From the IMG/VR virus record IMGVR_UViG_3300037755_001185, positions 1-55,437 of that record: DNA of 55,437 nucleotides; one strand, given 5' to 3'. Positions 38,411 to 48,124 of this stretch are shown in pieces. The position numbers were made by a program, and so were the translations under genes. The notes under the pieces are model-generated. The model was not told the origin of the DNA. It was given only the letters and a program-made list of their open reading frames with translations, and searched no databases. This stretch comes from a virus (Duplodnaviria; Caudoviricetes). The stretch's first letter is position 1; every line of letters begins with the position of its first letter.

Positions 38411-38647
38411 TCAGGTCGTGATCTGCTGGACGGTGACTTCCGATCCGCATCGCGGACAGGGTGCGGTGCGGGGCAACGGACCGCTCTCTCTCCCGGCGTG
38501 GTACGCGGCGAGCAGCGCTTCCCGGATCGACCAGACCGCGAGGTCGTGGAAGTCGAGGCTGTCGCTCTTCCGCGTCTCAAGCGTCGGCAGATCGAGAACG
38601 GTCCTGGCGATCTCTTCGAGGCGTTGGTTGATGTCGTCGTGTCGCAT
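38411..38647 (-). CDS. DUF6900-like protein
   Basis: LEEIARTVLDLPTLETRKSDSLDFHDLAVWSIREALLAAYHAG. Confidence 0.7.
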   Translation of the reverse strand: MRHDDINQRLEEIARTVLDLPTLETRKSDSLDFHDLAVWSIREALLAAYHAGRESGPLPRTAPCPRCGSEVTVQQITT

Positions 38648-38772
38648 GGCGATGTGGTCCTTTCACGCACACAAGGGCATGGACTGGCGAAGACATCAAG
38701 GCCACTGCGCGAGGATTCGCCGGATGTGGGCAACTTCGCTGAGAATGTGGGCAACTGTTGGCGGAAGGCGGC

Positions 38773-39006
38773 ATGATGTCGGAGTCCGCACGCAAGAGAG
38801 CTGTCAAACCAGGCCGACTGAACCCCATGGCGCTATCCGCTACCGACGCGGCGCGCTTGCTCACATCGGCGGGTGGCATCCGCATCGACGTCGAGCAAAT
38901 CGCCGCGGACATCGAATCCGGCGCTCCGACAAACGGCGACGGCACGATCAACCTCGTGCACTACGCCGCCTGGCTCGTGAAGGAGATGGCGCTCCGTGCC
39001 AACTGA
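38773..39006 (+). CDS. Small HTH protein, putative terminase small-subunit-like
   Basis: ALSATDAARLL..GAPTNGDGTINLVHYAAWL; overlaps the terminase start. Confidence 0.6.
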   Translation: MMSESARKRAVKPGRLNPMALSATDAARLLTSAGGIRIDVEQIAADIESGAPTNGDGTINLVHYAAWLVKEMALRAN

Positions 39007-41287
39007 CCCACGACAACTCCGGCCAACGGAGCTGTGCCAGCTCTTGAACTCGACGCACCTCGGTGAGGTCATCGCTGAACGTCAGTTGCGTCGTCATCGC
39101 ACCCGGGCCGGGCTGCGCATTGCGTCGGCGCAGGACGAGCGGCGCGTGGACCTGATCCGGTACGTCGCCTGGCTGGTGCTGGAGCGCCACCGCGCGTTGG
39201 CCGATGCAGAAGACAATCAGCCGGCAGGTTACGACGCGGTGCGCGAGCGGGCGCTTGCGCGAAGCAAGACACTGTCATTGTCTGGACGCGACATCGGAGA
39301 GCTGCCGGCTGTCGTGAATCCCCAGCGAAGGAAGCAGGTCGAGGGCGACTTCCGTTCATTCTGCGAGACGTACTTCCCGCAGACATTCACGATGGCATGG
39401 TCAGACGATCACTTGAAGGTGATCGCCAAGATTGAGCAGGCCGTGCTCGAAGGCGGCCTCTTCGCGATGGCGATGCCGCGCGGCAGCGGGAAGACCACGC
39501 TCTGCGAGATCGCATGCCTCTGGGCGATTCTCATCGGCGCGCGCGAGTTCGTGGCATTGATCGGCGCCGACGAAGCGCACGCGGCGAACATGCTTGACTC
39601 CATCAAGGCGGAGCTTGAGAACAACGAACTGATGCTCGCGGACTTCCCGGAGGTCGTGTATCCGATCCACTGCCTCGAAGGCATCCACCAGCGCGCTGGC
39701 GGACAGCTCTTCGACGGCAAGCAGACGCACATCGGTTGGACCGCTCGCGAGATCGTGTTGCCGACGATGCCGGGAAGCACGGCGTCCGGCGCGATCATTC
39801 GGGTGGCCGGGATCACTGGTCGCATTCGCGGCATGAAGCACAAGCGGGTGGACGGACTGTCGGTGCGCCCGTCACTCGTGCTCATCGATGACCCGCAGAC
39901 GGACGAATCCGCCCGTTCACCATCGCAGTGCGTGACGCGGGAGCGGATCCTCGCTGGCGCGATCCTCGGGCTCGCAGGTCCGGGCAAGAAGATCGCCGGT
40001 CTCATGACGATCACCGTCGTGAGACCGGAGGACATGGCCGACCGGCTTCTGGATCGCGAGAAGCATCCGCAGTGGCAGGGCGAGCGCACGCGGATGATCT
40101 ACGAGTTCCCGGTGAACGAAGCGATGTGGGCCAAGTACGCGGAGCTGCGAGCGGACGGACTCCGCAATGACGCTGGTATCACCGCTGCGACGGCGTTCTA
40201 CAAAACGCACCGCGAGGCAATGGACGATGGCGCCGTGGTGGCCTGGGCAGAGCGGTTCAATCACGATGAGTTGTCTGCCGTCCAGCACGCTATGAACCTC
40301 AAACTCCAGGACGAAGCCGCGTTCTGGGCCGAGTACCAGAACGAGCCGATGCCGGAGAACGAGCCAGACATCGACCTGATGAGCGCTGATGAGATCGCGG
40401 CGAAGGTCAACGGGATGAAACGTGGCGAGGTGCCGACCGGCTGTTCCCACCTGACCATGTTCATCGATGTACAGAGCAACGTCCTGTTCTACCTCATCGC
40501 GGCATGGTCGGACGATTTCACCGGGCACGTGATCGATTACGGTACTGAACCGGACCAGAGGCATGCCCCCGGAGCCTACTTCACGCTGCGAGACGTGAAA
40601 CGCACGCTCGGTCGGGCTGCACCGAGGGCGGGTCAGGAAGGTGCGATCTACAGCGGGCTCGAGCGACTCACCAACACGATGCTCAGTCGTGAATGGAAAC
40701 GCGACGATGGTGCGCGGGTACGAATCGACCGCTGTCTCATTGATGCGAACTGGGGAACGTCGACGGATGTCGTGTATCAGTTCTGCCGACAGAGTCAGTT
40801 CGCCAACGTGCTCCTGCCCAGCCATGGTCGGTACGTCGGCGCATCGAGTCTCCCGTTCAGCGAATACAAGCGCAAGCGCGGCGACCGAGTTGGCCATAAC
40901 TGGCGCATCCCCAACGTGGCAGGCAAACGGGCGGTGCGTCACGTGCTGTTCGACACGAACTACTGGAAGTCGTTCATCCACGCCCGCCTGGCGGTTCCCA
41001 TGGGCGATCCGGGTTGTCTTTCGCTTCACGAGGGTGACCTGAATCGACACCGCCTTCTGGCCGAGCACTTGACGGCGGAGTATCGCGTCAAGACCGAGGG
41101 ACGCGGCCGCACCGTCGATGAGTGGAAGCTGCGTGTTGGCGGTCTCGACAATCACTGGCTTGACTGCATGGTTGGTGCGTCCGTTGCGGCATCGATTCAG
41201 GGAGCGGGCCTGCTGGGTATCGGCCGGCGAGAGGCACGTCCCAAACAACGGATCAAGCTGTCGGAACTGCGGAGGAACAGGCAATAG
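38996..41287 (+). CDS. terL: Terminase large subunit, GpA-like
   Basis: MPRGSGKTT, LIDDPQ, AEYQNEP, MFIDVQ, CLIDANWG, DNHWLDC. Confidence 0.85.
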   Translation: MPTDPRQLRPTELCQLLNSTHLGEVIAERQLRRHRTRAGLRIASAQDERRVDLIRYVAWLVLERHRALADAEDNQPAGYDAVRERALARSKTLSLSGRDIGELPAVVNPQRRKQVEGDFRSFCETYFPQTFTMAWSDDHLKVIAKIEQAVLEGGLFAMAMPRGSGKTTLCEIACLWAILIGAREFVALIGADEAHAANMLDSIKAELENNELMLADFPEVVYPIHCLEGIHQRAGGQLFDGKQTHIGWTAREIVLPTMPGSTASGAIIRVAGITGRIRGMKHKRVDGLSVRPSLVLIDDPQTDESARSPSQCVTRERILAGAILGLAGPGKKIAGLMTITVVRPEDMADRLLDREKHPQWQGERTRMIYEFPVNEAMWAKYAELRADGLRNDAGITAATAFYKTHREAMDDGAVVAWAERFNHDELSAVQHAMNLKLQDEAAFWAEYQNEPMPENEPDIDLMSADEIAAKVNGMKRGEVPTGCSHLTMFIDVQSNVLFYLIAAWSDDFTGHVIDYGTEPDQRHAPGAYFTLRDVKRTLGRAAPRAGQEGAIYSGLERLTNTMLSREWKRDDGARVRIDRCLIDANWGTSTDVVYQFCRQSQFANVLLPSHGRYVGASSLPFSEYKRKRGDRVGHNWRIPNVAGKRAVRHVLFDTNYWKSFIHARLAVPMGDPGCLSLHEGDLNRHRLLAEHLTAEYRVKTEGRGRTVDEWKLRVGGLDNHWLDCMVGASVAASIQGAGLLGIGRREARPKQRIKLSELRRNRQ

Positions 41288-41479
41288 ATGACACCGGAAG
41301 CCGAGCAGAACAACTCGAAGGATCGGCGTGGATTGGAGTGCTCCTTCTGCGGTTGTAGACACTTCCGGGTGCTCTACACGCGTCGTGCTCACGGCGGCCG
41401 AGTGATGCGGCGCCGCGAATGCCGTCATTGCGGACGGCGGATGACGACCTTTGAACAGACTTCTGCGAGCAGCAGATAG
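41288..41479 (+). CDS. Zn-ribbon protein (NrdR N-terminus/Ogr-like)
   Basis: CSFCG..VLYTR..RRRECRHCGRRMTTFE. Confidence 0.7.
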   Translation: MTPEAEQNNSKDRRGLECSFCGCRHFRVLYTRRAHGGRVMRRRECRHCGRRMTTFEQTSASSR

Positions 41480-41540
41480 TCATCTTCGGTCGTCATCAGG
41501 TTCTACATGCGGAACGATCTTCGCACTTGTCGCCAAGCCC

Positions 41541-41575
41541 CCGACACTCAGCGTGTCGGCCGGGTAAGTAACCAG
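41541..41575 (+). promoter_or_regulatory. Bipartite motif CCGACA-N13-CCGGGTAAGTAACCAG (copy 2), putative late promoter
   Basis: Matches 27752-27786; upstream of the head operon. Confidence 0.65.
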
Positions 41576-41700
41576 TAGACATCTGAAACGGTTCTCAACA
41601 CCTCGCGGCTCGCGTGCGACACGTTTCGCGCCGTGCAAGTGTCCGCGTGTGACGAGAACGCTCCTCCATCCCGATTCCTCCACCTGCTCAGGAGCACTTC

Positions 41701-42174
41701 ATGCCCACCAGCGTCGCCAACTTCGACATCGCGGGAGCCGCCGATCGACTCGTCACGTTCGCCAACGAGATCATCGCCTCGCAGTCAGCTCGCCAAGCCG
41801 AGTTCAACGAGCATGATCGCGACCGCGCTTCGGCCTATCTCGATCGACTCGAGTCGTACGTCGAGGTCATCTCGAACCCCGCCAACCCGCTCGATCTTCC
41901 GAAGACGCATCCGACGGCGTATCCGATCACGGTGTTTCCTGGCGACGAGCAGATCAACGCGATCGAGAACGCCGAAGTGCGCGACCTGACGAGACGCTTC
42001 AAGGCCGCGCACGTCGAGCTGACCAACAGTCAGTCGAAGGACCGGGCGACCGGCATCTTCGATGCGGACAAGGTCCGGCTCGAAGCGCTCATCGAGAACG
42101 CCCGCGGCATGATCGAGTTCGGCAAGACTTCCGTGGATCTCCCTGAGAACCCCGCTGATATTCCGGCGGTCTGA
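41701..42174 (+). CDS. Hypothetical acidic helical protein
   Basis: 157-aa ORF, AGGAG RBS, strong codon bias. Confidence 0.7.
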   Translation: MPTSVANFDIAGAADRLVTFANEIIASQSARQAEFNEHDRDRASAYLDRLESYVEVISNPANPLDLPKTHPTAYPITVFPGDEQINAIENAEVRDLTRRFKAAHVELTNSQSKDRATGIFDADKVRLEALIENARGMIEFGKTSVDLPENPADIPAV

Positions 42175-42212
42175 CATCAATCCCGCAATCGATCGGAAGC
42201 CTGGTAGCACAC

Positions 42213-42410
42213 ATGCCCGAGCCACTCGACGACACCATCCGCGACAACGCCAAAGGCCCCAAGAAGGCCTCGGGCGACGCGGGCAGCGTAGAGCAGCACG
42301 ATCTCGCGGATCAGATTGCGGCGGATCGTTACCTGAACTCGAAGGACGCGGTCAAAAAGAAAGGGCTCGGGATCAAGATCACCCGAGCCATCCCACACGG
42401 AACGGTTTGA
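42213..42410 (+). CDS. Putative gpW-like head completion protein
   Basis: Small ORF directly before the portal; SVEQHDLADQIAADRYL. Confidence 0.55.
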   Translation: MPEPLDDTIRDNAKGPKKASGDAGSVEQHDLADQIAADRYLNSKDAVKKKGLGIKITRAIPHGTV

Positions 42411-42423
42411 GGAACGAGCACGA

Positions 42424-43944
42424 ATGCTCAAGCAACTGATCAACAAACTGACCGTCCGCACGCGGCAACCCAGCGACGCTCCCCCCGGCGTCGCGACCGC
42501 TGCTACTGCGGGCGTGTCAGTCCTCAGATTGCCGCCTCTCCGCGCCCGATACGACGCGGCGGCGACCACGGATGGGAACCGCCGCCATTGGGCGAATGCC
42601 GATGGTCTGAGTGCGGACGCTGCCACGAACCCGGAGGTCCGGCGCGTCCTGCGCAACCGGGCACGGTATGAAGTGGCCAACAACAGTTACGCCCGCGGGA
42701 TCGTCAGCACCCTCGCGAACGATGTCATCGGCACTGGACCGCGTCTCCAGATGCTGACTGGTGACCCGGACGCGGATCGTCGCATCGAGGCCGCGTTTGC
42801 TGACTGGGCACGGACCGTTGACCTCGCAGCCAAGCTGCGCACCATCCGGATGGCCCGCGCTGAGTCCGGCGAAGGATTCGTCCTGCTCGCCCGAAATCCC
42901 CGTCATGGCTCACCTGTTCAATTGGACATCCGGCTCATCGAGGCGGACCAGGTGGCCACGCCTGATCTTGCCCTGAATGTGCGCGGTGCCATCGACGGCA
43001 TTGTCTTCGATGATGTCGGCAACCCGATCGAGTACCACGTCCTCAAGCAGCACCCCGGCGACTTGCGCTGGCTCTCGAACCTCGCGTATCGACGCATCCC
43101 GGCTGCCGTGGTCATCCACTACTTCCGCGCTGACCGGCCTGGTCAGAGCCGGGGTATTCCAGACATCACACCGGCGCTTCCGCTGTTCGCACAACTGCGG
43201 CGGTTCACGCTCGCCGTGATCAGCGCCGCGGAAACGGCAGCCGACTTCGCCGGCGTCCTCTACACCGACGCGCCAGCCAACGGCGAGGCCGAGGACGTTG
43301 AGCCGATGGACGCAATCGAGATCGAGCAGCGCATGCTGCTCACGATGCCTGGCGGCTGGAAGATGGCGCAGCTCAAGGCCGAGCAACCGGCGACGACTTA
43401 CGGCGAATTCAAACGCGAGATCCTCAACGAGATCGCGCGTTGCCTGAACATGCCGTTCAACGTCGCAGCCGGAAACTCCTCTGGCTACAACTACGCCTCC
43501 GGCCGCCTCGATCACCAGACCTACTTCAAGAGTATCCGCATCGAGCAGGCGCACATTGAGCGCACTGTGCTGGATCGGATTGTCAATGCCTGGCTCGACG
43601 AGGCGGTGCTTGTCGAGGGTCTGCTCCCGCAATCGATGCGGATGCGCAATGCCTCCCGAACGCACCAATGGTTCTGGGATGGAAACGAACACGTTGACCC
43701 GGCCAAGGAAGCGAACGCACAGGCAACGCGGCTTGAGAGCCGGACGACTTCCCTTGCTCGCGAGTACGCACGCCAGGGACTCGACTGGGAATCCGAGCTG
43801 CGCCAGATCGCCAAAGAGCGCGAGCTGATGAACACCCTCGGCATCCAGCCCCCGGACACCCCGGACACCCCGGACTCAGCGGGCGCTCCCGTCCCGGCCG
43901 GCACAAAGGACGAACACGATGACGACGACACCCGAGGCAACTGA
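42424..43944 (+). CDS. Lambda-family portal protein
   Basis: RYDAA, LRNRARYEVANN, RPGQSRGIP, YNYASGRLD, HVDPAKEA. Confidence 0.9.
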   Translation: MLKQLINKLTVRTRQPSDAPPGVATAATAGVSVLRLPPLRARYDAAATTDGNRRHWANADGLSADAATNPEVRRVLRNRARYEVANNSYARGIVSTLANDVIGTGPRLQMLTGDPDADRRIEAAFADWARTVDLAAKLRTIRMARAESGEGFVLLARNPRHGSPVQLDIRLIEADQVATPDLALNVRGAIDGIVFDDVGNPIEYHVLKQHPGDLRWLSNLAYRRIPAAVVIHYFRADRPGQSRGIPDITPALPLFAQLRRFTLAVISAAETAADFAGVLYTDAPANGEAEDVEPMDAIEIEQRMLLTMPGGWKMAQLKAEQPATTYGEFKREILNEIARCLNMPFNVAAGNSSGYNYASGRLDHQTYFKSIRIEQAHIERTVLDRIVNAWLDEAVLVEGLLPQSMRMRNASRTHQWFWDGNEHVDPAKEANAQATRLESRTTSLAREYARQGLDWESELRQIAKERELMNTLGIQPPDTPDTPDSAGAPVPAGTKDEHDDDDTRGN

Positions 43945-45982
43945 GTTGCCGGACATCCTGGCAATGGATTGTGAAGTCGCGATCGAGGCCGCTGCGCCGT
44001 CGACGGAAGACGGTACTGACGGAAGCCTCCCTCGCTTCTCAATGATCGCATACACCGGTGGTCCGATCCGCACACTCGGTTTCGCGTATCCGGTGGTCGT
44101 CAATCTCGACGGCATGAACATCCCCACGCAGCGCCGACCAGTGCGATTCCAGCACTCCGCATTCGAAGGTGTCGGCCATACCGAACGCATCGCCGTCGAG
44201 AACGGCAAGCTCATCGCCGATGGCGTCGTGTCGCGTGACACGAAGGCCGCGAATGAGATCGTCGCCAGTGGGAAGAAAGGATTTCCCTGGCAGGCATCGA
44301 TCGGCGCATCCGTCGACGAACTCGAGTTCATCAAACGCAACGTGGCGGTGACCGTGAACGGCCGGAAGTTCAAAGGCCCGATCTACATCGCCCACAAGAC
44401 CACTCTCAATGAAATCAGCTTCGTCGACCTCGGCGCGGACCAGCAGACGCGGGCCCGAATTGCTGCCCAGCATCTCAAGGAGACCCAGGCCATGCCTGAC
44501 CCCCAACCACACGACACCGATGGAGCGGCCACCGAATCCGCGCCGATCAACGACCGCACGCCTCAGGCTCCGCCACAACTGCAGCGCAACGCGAACATCA
44601 CTGCGAGCGACCCAGCGGCCGAGATCGATCAGATCACGTCGCGCGCCCGGGCAGAGTCCGATCGGCGTCAGCGCATTCAGGCGATGACGGCCGAGGTACT
44701 GACGCAGCGTCCCGAACTCGCCGACGATCTCGGGCGCCTGGCTCATGCCGCCCTCGAAGCCGGATGGAAGTCCGACAAGTACCAACTCGAGGTCATGCGG
44801 CTCAGTCGAACCTACGAAGGTATCGGCGGCCCACGTTCCCAGAGTGATCGGATCGAGGGTTCAATCATCGAGGCTGCACTGTGCTTCGCTGGCGGACTCG
44901 AGTCCGAGACGCTGGAATCGCAGTTCAGCGAGCGAACGCTTGATGCCGCAAACCGGGAGTATCGCCACGGGCTTGGTCTGTGCGAAACGCTCCTCATCTT
45001 CGCCCAGGCGAATGGCTACCGTGGCTTCGGCCGCAGTGATTTGAAGGGCTTGCTGCAGTTCGCCTTCTCGGGCGACATGCAGGCATCTGGATTCAGCACG
45101 ATGTCCCTGCCCGGCATCCTCTCCAACGTGGCGAACAAGTTCCTCCGTGCCGGCTTCGAGGCGGTCGAATCCACCTGGCGTGACATTGCCGCGATCCGCA
45201 CCGTGCGCGACTTCAAGCAAGTCAGCAGCTATTCACTGTCTGGTGGATTCGTCTACGAAGAGATCCCGCCGGGTGGTGAACTCAAGCATGCATCGGTCGG
45301 TGAGACGGCATACACGAACCAGGCCAAGACCTACGGCCGGATGTTCGGCATCGACCGCCGTGATCTGATCAACGACGACCTCGATGCGCTTACGGCAGTA
45401 CCGCGCCGACTTGGACGAGGCGGTGCCCTCAAGCTCAACGACGTCTTCTGGGCGGAGTTCCTCAGCAACGCTGCGTTCTTCGTGGCTGGGAACAACAATT
45501 ATGCCGACGGGGTCACGACGGCACTGGGCATCGATGCGCTGACGCAGGCCGAGACGATGTTCCTTGACCAGACCGATCCCGATGGTCATCCCCTCGCAGT
45601 CGCGCCGGTGATCATGCTGGTGCCCAACGCACTGTATGTGCCGGCGACGCAGATCATGAACTCGACTGAGCTGCGCGATCCGTCGTCCTCAAAGAAGACG
45701 CCGGTGTCGAATCCGCACGCAGGCAAATTCCGACCAGTGCGTTCGAGTTACCTCAGCAATCCGAAGTACACCGGTGCCAGTGGTCTGGCGTGGTACATCC
45801 TCGCCGACCCGGCTGACATGCCGGTCATCGAGGTCGCATTCCTCAACGGTCAGCAGCAGCCGACCGTCGAGAGCGCCGACGCCGACTTCAACAACCTCGG
45901 CATTCAGATGCGCGGCTACCACGACTTCGGTGTCGCCAAACAAGAGCCGCGTGGCGGCGTGAAAATGAAGGGCGAGGCGTAA
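43919..45982 (+). CDS. Prohead protease - major capsid fusion
   Basis: AYTGG..FPWQASIG..EISFVDLGAD (protease); ILSNVANK..VRDFK..TYGRMFGIDRRDLINDDL..IEVAFLNG..HDFG (capsid). Confidence 0.88.
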   Translation: MTTTPEATELPDILAMDCEVAIEAAAPSTEDGTDGSLPRFSMIAYTGGPIRTLGFAYPVVVNLDGMNIPTQRRPVRFQHSAFEGVGHTERIAVENGKLIADGVVSRDTKAANEIVASGKKGFPWQASIGASVDELEFIKRNVAVTVNGRKFKGPIYIAHKTTLNEISFVDLGADQQTRARIAAQHLKETQAMPDPQPHDTDGAATESAPINDRTPQAPPQLQRNANITASDPAAEIDQITSRARAESDRRQRIQAMTAEVLTQRPELADDLGRLAHAALEAGWKSDKYQLEVMRLSRTYEGIGGPRSQSDRIEGSIIEAALCFAGGLESETLESQFSERTLDAANREYRHGLGLCETLLIFAQANGYRGFGRSDLKGLLQFAFSGDMQASGFSTMSLPGILSNVANKFLRAGFEAVESTWRDIAAIRTVRDFKQVSSYSLSGGFVYEEIPPGGELKHASVGETAYTNQAKTYGRMFGIDRRDLINDDLDALTAVPRRLGRGGALKLNDVFWAEFLSNAAFFVAGNNNYADGVTTALGIDALTQAETMFLDQTDPDGHPLAVAPVIMLVPNALYVPATQIMNSTELRDPSSSKKTPVSNPHAGKFRPVRSSYLSNPKYTGASGLAWYILADPADMPVIEVAFLNGQQQPTVESADADFNNLGIQMRGYHDFGVAKQEPRGGVKMKGEA

Positions 45983-46017
45983 GCCCCGTTCTCTCACTCT
46001 GAAGGAGAGCATTCCCA

Positions 46018-46359
46018 ATGCCAACTGCCACATACATCCAGGAAGGCGACGCCCTCAACTACACGCCGGGCTCCGACGTGAGCGCCGGCGACGTAGTCGT
46101 CCAGAATGAACTGGTCGGCGTCGCGAAGCGGGACATCCCGGCAAACACTCAGGGATCAATCAGCGTCGCCGGCGTGTTCGACTTCCCGAAGGCGACCGGC
46201 GCAAGCACTGCGATCGCCGAAGGTCTCGACGTGTACTGGGACGCCGGCGCCCTTGAGGCGACCACCGACAGCGCGACCGGCACCAACAAGTTCATCGGGC
46301 GCAGCATCGCTGCGGCCAGCGACAGTGATGCGACGGTTCGCATCCGCATGAATCAGTGA
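46018..46359 (+). CDS. DUF2190 capsid cement/decoration-like protein
   Basis: YIQEG..YTP..VSAGDVV..VGVA..GVFDFPK..VYWD. Confidence 0.8.
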   Translation: MPTATYIQEGDALNYTPGSDVSAGDVVVQNELVGVAKRDIPANTQGSISVAGVFDFPKATGASTAIAEGLDVYWDAGALEATTDSATGTNKFIGRSIAAASDSDATVRIRMNQ

Positions 46360-46751
46360 GCGATCCGATGTCTGATGTTCTCGAACAAGGTGCGCAGTTC
46401 CTCGACGACCAGCGCCATGCCCACATGACCACGACGGTCACATACCAGCGAGGAGCGTCCACGGTTGACGTCGCCGCAACGGTTGGTCGAACGACGTTCG
46501 AGCAGGCTGACGAGTTCGGTGGCATCCAAAGACTGGAGTCGCGGGACTATCTCATCCGCACGGCCGATCTTGTGCTCGATAGCAACACGGTTCTCCCGAA
46601 GGCTGGCGATCAGATCCATGAGTCGGTCGGCGCATCAGTGTTTGTGTACGAGGTCATGGCTCCCGGAGCAGAACCACCGTTTCGATACAGCGATCCGTAC
46701 CGGAAGGCGCTGCGAATCCACACCAAGCATGTCGCCACGGAGGCCGTATGA
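46356..46751 (+). CDS. Putative head-tail joining protein
   Basis: Position; RDYLI..PKAGDQI..YEV. Confidence 0.6.
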   Translation: MSDPMSDVLEQGAQFLDDQRHAHMTTTVTYQRGASTVDVAATVGRTTFEQADEFGGIQRLESRDYLIRTADLVLDSNTVLPKAGDQIHESVGASVFVYEVMAPGAEPPFRYSDPYRKALRIHTKHVATEAV

Positions 46752-46999
46752 GCGGGAGCACCGAGAGAGAATCCAGACCCAACGGGTCGCCGCGCTGGTC
46801 CGGCGTTGTAATCCCCGGAGTGATCGCCGTCCTGGCAGTCACCGTCCAGTGGGGTGTGGTCACGACGAAGCTCGACCACGTTGAGATGCGTCTCGACGAG
46901 CTGCTCATTGAGGCCCGGGCGCTGCGCACGGAGTACCAGAGCATCGAGCGCCGCGTGTCGTATCTCGAGGGCCGACTGAATGGGAGAGATACACCATGA
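46748..46999 (+). CDS. Small membrane protein with coiled coil
   Basis: One hydrophobic segment, then IERRVSYLEGR. Confidence 0.55.
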   Translation: MSGSTERESRPNGSPRWSGVVIPGVIAVLAVTVQWGVVTTKLDHVEMRLDELLIEARALRTEYQSIERRVSYLEGRLNGRDTP

Positions 47000-47418
47000 G
47001 TGTCATCACAGACATCGCCGATGCCGTGGCCGAGTCACTGAACGCCGGATTGTTCAGCGAGACGTTCACGGCCGAACGGCTGCATCAACCATCGTTTGAC
47101 TTGCCGGAGTTGCAAGCGCTCCATGTCAGCGTCGTCCCCAAGTCCGTGACGATTCAGAACGCATCGCGCCAGCACTCGTTCTTCGATTGCGCTGTCGATG
47201 TCGGCATCCAACAGAAGGTGGACGACGATGGTCGCGTCGATGAACTACTCGACCTGGCCGAGGAGATTGCTGATCACCTCCGGCTCAAACGACTGGCTGC
47301 ATATCCACAGGCGGCATGGCTGGCGATTGAACATGACCCCGTTGTTGCCTCGGAGCATCTGGATCAGAACCGGCAACTCACGAGTGTGCTCACCGTGACC
47401 TACAGGGTGAAGCGATGA
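46996..47418 (+). CDS. Putative tail terminator-like protein
   Basis: Position before the tail tube; VDVGIQQK..TSVLTVTY. Confidence 0.55.
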   Translation: MSVITDIADAVAESLNAGLFSETFTAERLHQPSFDLPELQALHVSVVPKSVTIQNASRQHSFFDCAVDVGIQQKVDDDGRVDELLDLAEEIADHLRLKRLAAYPQAAWLAIEHDPVVASEHLDQNRQLTSVLTVTYRVKR

Positions 47419-47672
47419 ACACACCGATCGTCCGAAAGATCGCATTGAACGCGCTCTTCCTGCCGCTCACCACGGAGCGTCTGGTCGGCACGTTCACGAT
47501 CCGCAACACGTCGACCGGCAACGCGGTGCTGCTCTGCGATGACGGCATTACCGAACTGCCAATGGACCGCAGCCAGCAGTTCACGCTGGAGGGTGTCGAC
47601 CTCTCGAAGATCCATGCGAAGGGCAACCTCGGCGACTTCCTCATGGTGATCGGCGCAACCCGGACGGTGTAA
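47415..47672 (+). CDS. Hypothetical protein
   Basis: ATGA-coupled 85-aa ORF. Confidence 0.5.
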   Translation: MNTPIVRKIALNALFLPLTTERLVGTFTIRNTSTGNAVLLCDDGITELPMDRSQQFTLEGVDLSKIHAKGNLGDFLMVIGATRTV

Positions 47673-47684
47673 AGGAGACTCTTG

Positions 47685-48121
47685 ATGGCCATCAAACTCG
47701 GCATGGAAGCAACACTCAACTACAAGGTCGACGGCCAGGACGCCGCCGGCTCATGGCTTGAACTTACCAACACCAAGGATGTCACCCTCTCGCTCGAAGC
47801 TGGCGAGGCAGACGTGACCACTCGCGCCAACGCCGGGTGGCGAGCCATCGTCGCGACGCTCAAGGAAGCGAGCGTCGAGTTCGAGATGGTGTGGGACACC
47901 GGTGATGCCGGGTTCGGCGTCATCAGAGACGCTTACCTCGGCAACGCCATCGTCGGATTCCAGATCCTCGACGGCGACTCCCCGGCGGCGAGGGCCTGCA
48001 GGCCGACTTCATGATCACGTCGTTCTCGCGCTCTGAGGCGCTGGAAGAAGCGATCACGGTGTCAGTCACCGCCAAGGTGACCTATTCCGTCACCCCGCCC
48101 ACCTGGATCGGAGGTATCTGA
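47685..48121 (+). pseudogene. Tail tube protein with 1-nt frameshift at about 47980
   Basis: KDVTLSLEAGEADVTTR..SVEFEMVWD..ILDGDS continues in the -1 frame as GGEGLQADFMITSFSRSEALEEAITVSVTAKVTY..PTWIGGI*. Confidence 0.75.
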
Positions 48122-48124
48122 CCC

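Noticed and set aside
36806-38776. 656-aa plus-strand ORF (similarly 30360-31802 and 39917-41428 on the minus strand)
   Set aside because: Antisense shadows of well-supported genes in GC-rich DNA
43851-43877. 9-bp tandem repeat (PDT-PDT-PDS) at the portal end, and the G-rich tract at 49361-49396
   Set aside because: Short in-frame low-complexity tails with no evidence of function
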